Assembly: GCA_002269645.1 (NCBI GenBank)
Contig: NIVC01001066.1
Coordinates: forward strand, 62,001-126,000
DNA length: 64,000 nt
Source of the DNA: Macrostomum lignano
Taxonomy: Eukaryota
Direction of reading: 5' to 3'
Shown: in pieces, positions 11,601 to 22,900 of the stretch
How the letters are laid out: every line of letters starts with the position of its first letter
Position numbering within the stretch: the first letter of the stretch is position 1
Program-made: the position numbers and the translations under genes
The notes under the pieces: generated by a model
The model's database searches: none
Told to the model about the DNA's origin: nothing
Seen by the model: only the letters and a program-made list of their open reading frames with translations

Positions 11601-14600
11601 AGAGACCTCAGTGAGAGATACTCAATGAGAGATCTCAGCGAGAGATACTCAATGAGAGATACTCAGTGAGAGATACTCAATGAGAAATACTCAAACTCAA
11701 TAACCAAAAGTCTATCGTATACGCAGAAAAGAACGCTTGTTCCTGAACTCACCAGCACTTGAGTATCATCCATGGCGGGGTCCTCTCTCACAGTTTCAAT
11801 CATCCGCAAGTTGCCGGCTGGGCTGCCGCCGTTTGTCCAGCGCGGCCCGCCTGCAGGAAGACAAGTCGGACGGCCCGAGATGGAGAAGAGGCAGGTCAGT
11901 TCAGTGGAAACGTACGTGTTTGCCTCTGTACTCAGAGAGAGTACTGTTCCCACCCATGAGGGCAAGGTCGCAAGACATAGTGAGTGTGCCATACATGCCT
12001 GACAATAAGAAACTAGGGGCCGCCGTGTGCACACCCTGTGTGAGCGTGTGTACACCCTGTGTGAGCGTGTGTACACCCTGTGTGAGCGTGTGTACACCCT
12101 GTGTGAGCGTGTGTACACCCTGTGTGAGCGTGTGTACACCCTGTGTGAGCGTGTGTACACCCTGTGTGAGCGTGTGTACACCCTGTGTGAGCGTGTGTAC
12201 ACCCTGTGTGAGCGTGTGTACACCCTGTGTGAGCGTGTGTACACCCTGTGTGAGCGTGTGTACACCCTGTGTGAGCGTGTGTACACCCTGTGTGAGCGTG
12301 TGTACACCCTGTGTGAGCGTGTGTACACCCTGTGTGAGCGTATGTACCCCCTGTGTGAGCGTGTGTACACCCTGTGTGAGCGTGTGTACACCCCGTGTGA
12401 GCGTGTGTACAGTGTATGTGTGTCGACATGACTGCTTGTCTCCTCACTGGCTGCGGGTCAGCTGGAAAAACCTCAGACGATTTCCAGTTCATCAAACCGA
12501 CACTCACCGCCAGCTCCAGCAGCAGCAGCAGCAGCAGCAGGTGCTACTCCGTTATTGACGTGAACAGATCGACTGACATACTGCCGCTGGTATTGCTGCT
12601 GCTGCTGTTGTTGCTGCTGCTTCCAGACTGCAGCAGTGTTGGGCTCACGAACCACCGCGTAGTGAGCCTCCTCTGGTTCATCAGCAACGCGACGAAGACT
12701 GCCGCTGCCCCTACTAGAAGCAGCGGCAGAGTAGACAGCGTAAGGCAGCTGATAGTCCGGCTGCTGCAGTCCGGCGCCTCGAGCTACCGGCTCTCCTGAC
12801 AGGTCGAGGTTCGGCTGCGACACGGTCAGCTGGCGACGATAGTTGCGCAATTCTGAGCCACCGCCGCCGCCCAGTTGCCGATCGCGCTGAAGATCGCTGC
12901 TGGTAACTACCGTGTCTGTTAGTGTAATGAGTGACGCTGTGGCATCAATGAGTGACGCTGTGTCATTAATGAGTGACGCTGTGGCATCAATGAGTGACGC
13001 TGTGGCATCAATGAGTGACGCTGTGTCATTAATGAGTGACGCTGTGGCATCAATGAGTGACGCTGTGTCATTAATGAGTGACGCTGTGGCATCAATGAGT
13101 GACGCTGTGGCATCAATGAGTGACGCTGTGGCATCAATGAGTGACGCTGTGTCATTAATGAGTGACGCTGTGGCATCAATGAGTGACGCTGTGGCATCAA
13201 TGAGTGACGCTGTGGCATCAATGAGTGAAACTGTGGCATCAATGAGTGACGCTGTGGCATCAATGAGTGACGCTGTGGCATCAATGAGTGACGCTGTGGC
13301 ATCAATGAGTGACGCTGTGGCATCAATGAGTGACGCTGTGGCATCAATGAGTGACGCTGTGTCATTAATGAGTGACTTCTTTGTAAACAATACTAACTTG
13401 AGAGTAAGCACGGAGTTTGAAAACTCACAATTACTGCCGTACATGTCCGAGTGTCTCTGAAATTCAAATCGAAAAATGCTACTAATTACTAAAAGCATAC
13501 AGTTAACTTTCTTGCCTTAGACTAACATTATCTGTGTAGCTATCGTCTCACTCTACCACTCCCCGTTGTCATTCTCACCTGACGCTACCATTTCCGGTTG
13601 CAAGTTACACCCAGTAACACAACCATTTCCGGTTGCAATTTACACCCGATAATACAACCATTTCCGGTTGCAATTTACACCCGATAATACAACCATTTCC
13701 GGTTGCAATTTACACCCGATAATACAACCATTTCCGGTTGCAATTCACACCCGATAATACAACCATTTCCGGTTGCAATTTACACCCGATAATACAACCA
13801 TTTCCGGTTGCAATTTACACCCGATAATACAACCATTTCCGGTTGCAATTCACACCCGATAACACAACCATTTCCGGTTGCAATTTACACCCGATAATAC
13901 AACCATTTCCGGTTGCAATTTATACCCGATAATACAACCATTTCCGGTTGCAATTTACACCCATGACACTACCATTTCCGGTTGCAATTGACACCTATGA
14001 CATTACCATTTTCATTTGCAATTTACACCTATGACATTACCATTTCCATTTGCAATTTACACCCATGACACTACCATTTCCGGTTGCAATTGACACCTAT
14101 GACATTACCATTTCCATTTGCAATTTACACCCATGACACTACCATTTCCGGTTGCAATTGACACCTATGACATTACCATTTCCATTTGCAATTTACACCT
14201 ATGACATTACCATTTCCGGATGCAATTTTTTTCCGGTTGCAATTTCCATTTCTGGTTGCAATTTACACCTACTCGTAATAACACAGGTTATTTCGGTTAT
14301 TTCCGGTTGCAGATTACGCCATCTTTACCTGCGCATGACCAGCCCAACCGCTGCTAATCTGGTTTTGCCGCTGCTGCACCTGCGGCTGATGGGCGGAAGT
14401 CGCCACCAGCAGAGCCTGGTACCAGTCGTCAAACTCTTCGGGCGTACCGGTGCTGAGGTACACTGCCACCTGGTTAGGCTCTTCCAGCTGGGAATTAAAC
14501 GAGTTGAATTTTGTTGGAATTCTTTCGATTGGCGTGTCTCTAGAAAATATTAAACAAATAGTTTTACAACCCTGGGTACCTTAATAGAGCTTCGATATTG

Positions 14601-15534
14601 CCCGGTAGAATCGTGGGACTGAGTCACTCTGGTGGTTGACAACAGCAGGGCGTAGAGGCACTCTTTGCTGTCTGGATCTGCAGAATTGTATGTCAGGGCG
14701 TAACTGGTGCGCATATTGGGCCAGTTTATGATCACGGTATGCCGGTAGCCACTCACCTTTGTACAGGTACAGGCAGTGGTCACTGAGGACCGCCCATCGA
14801 CGCTTCCAGCCACTTATGCCATTGGCTGTCTCCTAGAAGGAAAGTTCAAGTGTCTGCTTTTAGCTAGGCTTGGAGTGTCTGCATTCAGATACTCCAGTTT
14901 TTAGTGCGTCCAGATACGAGGCTGTGAATAGGGAGTGGGTAAGACCGTGAATAGGGAGTAGATAGACTGAATAGGGAGTGGGTAAGACTGTGAATAGGGA
15001 GTAGATAGACTTGAATAGGGAGTGGGCAAGACCGTGAATAGGGAGTAGATAGACTGAATAGGGAGTGGGTAAGACCGTGAATAGGGAGTAGATAGACTGA
15101 ATAGGGAGTGGGTAAGACTGTGAATAGGGAGTAGATAAGACTGTGAATAGAGAGTAGATAAGACTGTGAATAGGGAGTAGATAAGACTGTGAATAGGGAG
15201 TAGATAAGACTGTGAATAGGGAGTAGATAAGACTGTGAATATGGAGTAGATAAGACTGTGAATATGGAGTAGATAAGACTGTGAATATGGAGTAGATAAG
15301 ACTGTGAATATGGAGTAGATAAGACTGTGAATAGGGAGTAGATAAGACTGTGAATATGGAGTAGATAAGACTGTGAATAGGGAGTAGATAGGACTGTGAA
15401 TATGGAGTAGATAAGACTGTGAATAGGGAGAGTAGACTGTGAAAACTCACGTATCTCAGCAGGTAGCCCTGACGATCAAGGCTTCGCATTGGTGGCAGCG
15501 GCGGCGGCGGCGGCGGCGGCGGCGGCAGCGACAT
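8668..15534 (-). CDS. PH-domain and coiled-coil protein, PLEKHA5/6/7-like (~774 aa, 9 coding exons)
   Basis: Phase-consistent GT-AG exons: 15534-15451, 14832-14757, 14677-14580, 14487-14329, 13456-13429, 12915-12508, 11850-11753, 10601-9635, 9074-8668 (2325 nt). PH motifs are 'RQGYLLR', 'WKRRWAVLSDHCLYLYK' and 'VYLSTGTPEEFDDWYQAL'. 'SIAASDLLGKPHDELLLLLIQLQRE' resembles the conserved block of invertebrate PLEKHA-like proteins. The true start may be further upstream (acceptor at 15563). Confidence 0.85.
10614..11690. repeat. 14-bp minisatellite (gagatactcagtga), intronic
   Basis: Visible tandem array filling the intron 11752-10602. Confidence 0.95.
12027..12410. repeat. 21-bp minisatellite (tgtacaccctgtgtgagcgtg), intronic
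   Basis: Homogeneous tandem array; the same family occurs at 19211-19668. Confidence 0.95.
12925..13376. repeat. 21-bp minisatellite (aatgagtgacgctgtggcatc), intronic
   Basis: Tandem array inside intron 13428-12916. Confidence 0.95.
13585..14250. repeat. 35-bp minisatellite (aaccatttccggttgcaatttacacccgataatac), intronic
   Basis: Tandem array whose unit drifts toward the 14250 end. Confidence 0.9.
14930..15440. repeat. ~23-bp minisatellite (gactgtgaatagggagtagataa), intronic
   Basis: Tandem array in intron 15450-14833. Confidence 0.9.
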
Positions 15535-15949
15535 GAGCAAAGAATGTTTTTCAAGATTCACGGCTGTAAAAAAGCATGCATTACACTAATGATTAATGCT
15601 AGTAGATTCTTAGAAACTATTGACAATGATTTTAAAAGCTCTATATAGTCCTGTAGTAGAAGTATAGGACAATTTGAGTGCCGCACAACTAATGTACACT
15701 TGGATTGTGAGCAGTCGGATAAAAACGGGGGTTAAAGGGTTGATTCAATCATTCTATTGGGTGCCAAGCAGATCTCTGGGGCGGACCTGTTTGGGGAGGA
15801 TGCAGAGGGGGGGGGGGTAAGACGCGAGACCAGTAGTGCATGGACCCCTGAAGATCTCAGTGGACTGGTGTCAACTTCTACAACTTCTAGCTCCTGTGCT
15901 TAGTGCTGGAATCTAATGCGGATTCGACAGTGTGGAGAAAAGAGTGTAG

Positions 15950-16460
15950 TGTAAAGCGAAGAGTGTAGATTATAGATTTTAGAGTGTGTATTTAGAGTGA
16001 ATATTTTATAGCGTAGATTGTAGTGTACAGTGTAGATAGCAAAGTGTAGATTTTATAGTATAAATTGTAGAGTGTAGATTGTAGAGTGTAGATAGTCAAG
16101 TGAAGAGTGTAGATGATAGATTGTTGAATGTAGATTATAGATTGTAGAGTGTAGAGTGTAGAGTGTAGAGTGTAGAGTGCAGATTGTAGAGTGTAGATTG
16201 TAGTGTATATTTTATAGCATAAATTGTAGAGTGTAGATTGTAGACTTTAGATTGTAGACTGTAGAGTGCAGATTGTAGAGTGTAGACTTTAGATTGCAGA
16301 CTGTAGATTTTATAAAGTGTAGATTTTTATAGTATAGATTGTAGAGTGTAGATTGTAGTGTTGATTGTAAAATAAAGATTGTAGATGATAGATTGTCGAA
16401 TGTAGATTATAGATTGTAGCGTGTAGATTGTAGAGTGTAAAGTGTAGAATTTAGAATGTA
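15950..16460. repeat. Degenerate 7-bp satellite (gtagatt/gtagagt)
   Basis: Visible low-complexity heptamer periodicity. Confidence 0.8.
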
Positions 16461-17624
16461 AAGTGCAACAAGCATGAAGATTTTACACTCTATACTCTCC
16501 TTCAAGGCCTTCTAGACTCATTTCCAGTCCAGGCAAGTTTCAGGGGTACCTGCGCAGGGCCAATACCCCCCCCCCTAGTGTGTACTCTGTAAACTGCAGC
16601 TCAATCGAGAGAGACGCGCTGCTCAAGCAGTAAGAAAATCGATTGCCTAAAGCGGCAAAAAACAATGAAAACATGAACGGTTGAGGAGAGCTACTGCTGG
16701 CGTATTGAAAAACACTAACCTGTATTGGAATGAACTTTAAACTACTGCTGATTGGGCGTGTCCTAGGTAAACGGCAGGAGAAACTATACGCGTATTTTTC
16801 AAAGCAAATTCCTCGTCATCTACTTAGTTGAATAAATAAGTCTAGAAACAAACTCTGTGCGGAACCACGCACCAACGGTTACTACATGCATTTATTAGAT
16901 TTAGGGAAAACCTAGGATAATAAATGGGGAGACAACAGTCGGGATGAATCTAATATAATAAGCTAAGAGTACTAGTGCTCCATTCGCTAGATTGAGTGTA
17001 CGAGTTGTCAATCATTGAAATTAGAATACGGTTTAGTTACAGGTGAACTAGCAGATAAAATAGATTTAATCAACACGCGGTGAAAGACCTAATACATAAG
17101 CCTAATACACTTCACCTGGGTTGGCATGTTTGAAAGAAAAGTTACATCATAGCAAATGTGGCAGCTAGGGCTTGTGACAGATAAATGACTACAGAAAAAG
17201 CAAAGTTCCGCTTCTGACAGCCCGACTTGTAGCAGCACCAACTCAAGCGAGTGGTTAAACTTCTAAAACTGAAAAAATCGACAGTGTAAAAACGTTAATT
17301 AAAAAAAAATATCAAATGTCAAAAAATAAAAACAAAATCAAATACAAGAAGTCATTCCACTCTATTTCCATTGTCAGCTCACATCAGTTGCACAACAGAA
17401 ACAAGAAATTTATCCAGTTGGAAGAGCTAGGCTGAACACTGTAAGAAATCGCAATTCAGTTAAACAAATTTCACAAAACACGAATGCGGATAGGGGCGGA
17501 TGCGGTCACAACGAGTGCTTGATGTTGAATAGGGTTTAGATAGAAATAGTTAAACTGCCTTTAATACACTGCTGCCTGATACCCAATATACGACTATCTG
17601 CATGGCTCGCTGCAAAATCTGCTC

Positions 17625-18395
17625 TCAGGATTTGGGAGGCTAGCCCAGCAACTGAGGATTTGGGAGGCTGGCCCAGCAACTGAAGATCTGGGAGGCTGTC
17701 CCAACATCTGAGGATCTGGGAGGCTGGCCCAGCAACTGAGGGTCTAGGAGGCTGGCCCAGCATCTGAGGATCTTAGGAGGCTGGCCCAGCAACTGAGGAT
17801 CTAGGAGGCTGGCCCAGCAACTGAGGATCTTAGGAGGCTGGCCCAGCAACTGAGGATCTTAGGAGGCTGGCCCAGCAACTGAGGATCTAGGAGGCTGGCC
17901 CAGCAACTGAGGATCTGGGAGGCTGGCCCAGCAACTGAGGGTCTAGGAGGCTGGCCCAGCATCTGAGGATCTTAGGAGGCTGGCCCAGCAACTGAGGATC
18001 TAGGAGGCTGGCCCAGCAACTGAGGATCTTAGGAGGCTGGCCCAGCAACTGAGGATCTTAGGAGGCTGGCCCAGCAACTGAGGATCTTAGGAGGCTGGCC
18101 CAGCATCTGAGGATCTGGGAGGCTGGTCCAGCAACTGAGGATTTGGGAGGCTGGTCCAGCAACTGAGGATTTGGGAGGCTGGCCCAGCAACTGAGGATCT
18201 GGGAGGCTGGCCCAGCAACTGAGGGTCTGGGAGGCTGGCCCAGCAACTGAGGATTTGGGAGGCTGGCCCAGCAACTGAAGATCTGGGAGGTTGGCCCAGC
18301 AACTGAGGATCTGGGAAGGCAGCCCAGCAACTGAGGATCTGGGAGGCTGGCCCAGCAACTGAGAGTCTGGGAGGGCAGCCCAGCAACTGAGTATC
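17625..18395. repeat. 28/29-bp minisatellite (gaggatctgggaggctggcccagcaact)
   Basis: Tandem array between the SLC26 and PH genes. Confidence 0.95.
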
Positions 18396-19210
18396 TGGGT
18401 GGTGGGCAGGTATAAGCAGGTTGGGGCAGCTCAAGCCAGCAGACATATTTACTGAAGAGTTCGGCAAGTAAGTATCGGAGCCCGGTCGAGGCCCAAAAAA
18501 TCAACAGCAAAAATTCGAATCAAAATGATAAAAAACTGGTTATAAAAACGCTGAGATGATAAATATAGGTCTATATATTCGTTGCAGACGCAATGCAGAG
18601 TGTGGGGTGGCTTGGCTTGGGATTTCGAGGTGCAAATTCTCAAATTCTGTCTTCGGTGCAGAATTACATAAACGGTACAGACTAAGCTAGATTAGACTTC
18701 AGCGACCTAGAACACAGCGACAAAGAATTCAGCGACAACAGCAATATACTACTAAAAGCAACTACAGCTTTTTGATACTATTTTTATGCGAATTTAAACA
18801 GTTTGAAACGCATCAATGCTATGGACGCTAAACCTGCCAGTCTACAAAATAGGCGTGTTTTCGTGTATTTGGAGTACAGTTTTCAAAATTTTCAAGAGTA
18901 AATATCAATTGTGTCAAGTTGGAGTAATCTGTCAACATCGAGTCTGCAGACTTCTGAACTTCTGCAGGGGTCAGAGAGGCTCAGCAGAGTAAAGGGTAGG
19001 GTAGAAATGATTGATTTAAAGTGTCTTGTTTGGTCATAAAGTACATTTACTTTTACTTTTACAGGCAGCCTCTGACGCATCTGACAATGTAATGGCCGAT
19101 AATGGCCGCGTATGGTCGAGGGATTGTCATGCGATTCACAGCCATGAGGTCCGACCCCCAAGGCGCAGAGAATGCACATGCCTGACGATTGGAAAGTCAA
19201 AGCTGGCCGA

Positions 19211-19668
19211 TGTATACCCTTTGTGAGCGTGTGTACACCCTTTGTGAGCGTGTGTACATCCTGTGTGAGCGTGTGTACACCCTGTGTGAGCGTGTGTACA
19301 TCCTGTGTGAGCGTGTGTACACCCTGTGTGAGCGTGTGTACATCCTGTGTGAGCGTGTGTACATCCTGTGTGAGCGTGTGTACATCCTGTGTGAGCGTGT
19401 GTACATCCTGTGTGAGCGTGTGTACATCCTGTGTGAGCGTGTGTACATCCTGTGTGAGCGTGTGTACATCCTGTGTGAGCGTGTGTACACCCTGTGTGAG
19501 CGTGTGTACATCCTGTGTGAGCGTGTGTACACCCTGTGTGAGCGTGTGTACACCCTGTGTGAGCGTGTGTACACCCTGTGTGAGCGTGTGTACATCCTGT
19601 GTGAGCGTGTGTACATCCTGTGTGAGCGTGTGTACATCCTGTGTGAGCGTGTGTACACCCTGTGTGAG
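19211..19668. repeat. 21-bp minisatellite (tgtacatcctgtgtgagcgtg)
   Basis: Same family as 12027-12410, with a c/t variant. Confidence 0.95.
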
Positions 19669-19906
19669 CTTGTGTATGAGTGCGTGCCAGCAGAATGGGC
19701 AGAATTGCCTCAACGCTGGTTGTGGGGTGATGTCGCCGAAGGCGTTGCGCCAGGGTGCCCCACAGCCCAGCTGCGAGTATTAATTATTAAATATGAATTT
19801 TTACTTTTTAAGAAAACCTACAGAATGTTTTACCTCTCAGCCTTTCTAAGCGCGCGTTTAAATACTACATCTGTACCATACTATAACAGATTATCGATTA
19901 TTGAAT

Positions 19907-19960
19907 TTAAACTTCGAGCTCCACAGAGTTGCGAAGATTCATGCTCAGCACACGGCCGCT

Positions 19961-19994
<34 letters not shown>

Positions 19995-22900
19995 ACTCCG
20001 TAGGAGCTCGGGAAGAATCCGGGCTCGCTGCGATTCCTCGGCAGGCCGCGCCGGCTGCCAAAGCCCTGAGCTGTGCCGGCGGCAGCGGCGGCCGAGGCGT
20101 TTGTCGACACCACTTGGGCGGCGGTGGCTGTCGCCGGCTCGCAGCTGTTGGTCCGGCTGCGCACCTCCGAGATGAGGCGGCGCCGGGTCTCCGGATAGTC
20201 GGCCAGGGCGGTCAACACGGCGTCGTGCACGGAGACGAACATGACCGATTTGTCAACGAACTCGCAGCGGTCGCGCATCCGGCGCACCTGATGCTTGCAG
20301 CCGGCCAGCAGAATCTGCACCCCGGCCAGCTGGTAGTCGGACACCAAACTCGTCAGGAAGGTCGCCCCGACGCTGTCGATATAGTTCACCCCGGAGCAGT
20401 CTACGATCACGTGATGCAGGCCGCCGGAGTCGTGCTTCTCAACGTCATCGTCTCGAGCTTTGTCAGCTTTAACCACGTCGGCGACCGTAGCCTCTTCAAC
20501 CTCATGGTCGTTGTCTGAGTCAACGCCGCCGCTGTCCGTCTTGACGTCCACGGAGGCTCGACGCTTCGGGTCGAAGCCGGTCAGCTTGACCAGGCGGTAG
20601 CGGAAGTTGTCCACGCTGGCAAAGTACAGGGCGCCGTCGAAGCGGAATACGACCACGCCAGGGATCTGGGATTTCATTGGTTGCGACGGCGAAACGTTTG
20701 GTTGCTGGGGGAACTGCTTTTAGTTAGAGACAGGGACTGTGTGCACCCTGGCGCACTTTAAGCGACATTGTCACACGATTACCGGCGAGAGGCATTACTG
20801 CCCATTCCGCCGACTCCCCTCCTCAGGCACACACTCACACAGGAGTGTACAGCGGCCCTAACTTTATTCATCGTTAGGCATGTACACTGATTGTGCATTG
20901 GTGATTGGGCGTCAATTTCACGAGCAGCAGAGCCATTTAGCCCCAAATTAATGCGACTGCACTTGGAATCGAGCCTGGGCCGCTGGCACATCAGTGCGCC
21001 GCGCTGGACCACCTGGGCCCCCCATGGGGGACTGTTACTCCCACAAGCTCCACTGCCGTTGTCACCACTGTAAACTCGAACTTCATCACCTAGAGCAGCC
21101 AGCCTCACCTGCAGGGCATCCGGGTAGAACCGGGTGTCCTTGTAGATGTCGGTCATGGGCAGCCGGCCCAGAATGGAGGCGCCAGGCGACTGTGTGCGGC
21201 AGACCACCGTCAGCAGGCTGTAGGCGAACCCGATCACTAAGCCGTAGCTCACGTTGCCAATGACAACGCCTAGAAAGCAGACTAGCCAGATGCTCAAATC
21301 GTATTTGGACATTCGGTACAATCGGCGAATGTCGGCGAACTGCATGAAGAGGCCTTTTAAAGCCACGATGATTATGCTGGCCAGCACCGCCGTGGGCAGC
21401 GGCTTGAACAGCGGGCCCAGCACCAGCAGCACGAGCAGCATGAGAGATGCGGCTACCAGGCTGGTCACCTGGGTGCGCCCGCCCATGTCGTCTTGGACCT
21501 GGATTGAAGTGGAAGGTTGACTGCGATTCTGACCTGTTTGCTTTTGAGGATTTTTCTGAGCTGTTGCTTCTGGGGATTCAGATCTGTTTGCTTGTGGGGA
21601 TTCAGATCTGTTTGCTTTTGGGGATTCTGAACTGTTTGCTTGTGGGGATTCTGAGCTGTTTGCTTTTGGGGATTCTGAACTGTTTGCTTGTGGGGATTCT
21701 GAACTGTTTGCTTGTGGGGATTCTGACCTGTTTGCTTTTGGGGATTCTGAACTGTTTGCTTGTGGGGATTCTGAGCTGTTAGTACAGCTTGCAGATTCAC
21801 ATTGATTTGAGCTAGTAGAATCAGATATTTATTTACCTAATAATTACGTATTAGATTTGAGTCGTTAATCTGGGACTTGGGAATGAAGACAGGAATTCCT
21901 GATGGTACCTGACACAGCAATGTGTTTCATCGCATACTAATGCGTGAATGCATACACCTGACACTGCCTCACCTGAGATCTGCTAAGCGACCCGGCCGAG
22001 AAATAGCAGCCAAAGCAGGCACCAACAGAGTTTACCAGACCGCAGGCCAGCAGCTCCTGGTTGGAGTCCAGCGGATAGCCGTGCCTGTCAGCGTACAGCT
22101 TGCAGATGGAGAAGGTGCAGGCGTACATGATCACAGCCAGCTGGGCCGCGTCCTCCACCACCTGGGGGAACAGCGACACTGGCGGCAGGCGGGGCGCCGA
22201 CAGGCCGCTGGGTATGTCGCCAACCACGGCTACGCTGTAAGTGGCCTGGGCGGGGGGGAGATGAAATTCAAGATACAATGTTGTCGGCACACAAGAGAAA
22301 GGCAGCCCAGCTGAGAGAATGGCAGCCCAGCTGAGAGAATGGCAGCCCTGTGGAGAGAATGGCAGCCCAGCTGAGAGAATGGCAGCCCAGCTGAGAGAAT
22401 GGCAGCCCAGCTGAGACAATGGCAGCCCAGCTGAGAGAATGGCAGCCCAGCTGAGAGAATGGCAGCCCTGTGGAGAGAATGGCAGCCCAGCTGAGAGAAT
22501 GGCAGCCCAGCTGAGAGAATGGCAGCCCAGCTGAGAGAATGGCAGCCCAGCTGAGAGAATGGCAGCCCAGCTGAGAGAATGGCAGCCCAGCTGAGAGAAT
22601 GGCAGCCCAGCTGAGAGAATGGCAGCCCAGCTGAGAGAATGGCAGCCCAGCTGAGAGAATGGCAGCCCAGCTGAGAGAATGGCAGCCCAGCTGAGAGAAT
22701 GGCAGCCCAGCTGAGAGAATGGCAGCCCAGCTGAGAAAATGGCAACTCAGTGAAGAGAATGGCAGCCCAGCGGAGAGAATGGCAGCCCAGCTGAGAGAAT
22801 GGCAACTCAGTGTAAAGAATGGCAACTCAGTGTAAAGAATGGCAACTCAGTGGAGAGAATGGCAGCCCAGCTGAGATAATGGCAACTCAGTGGAGAGAAT

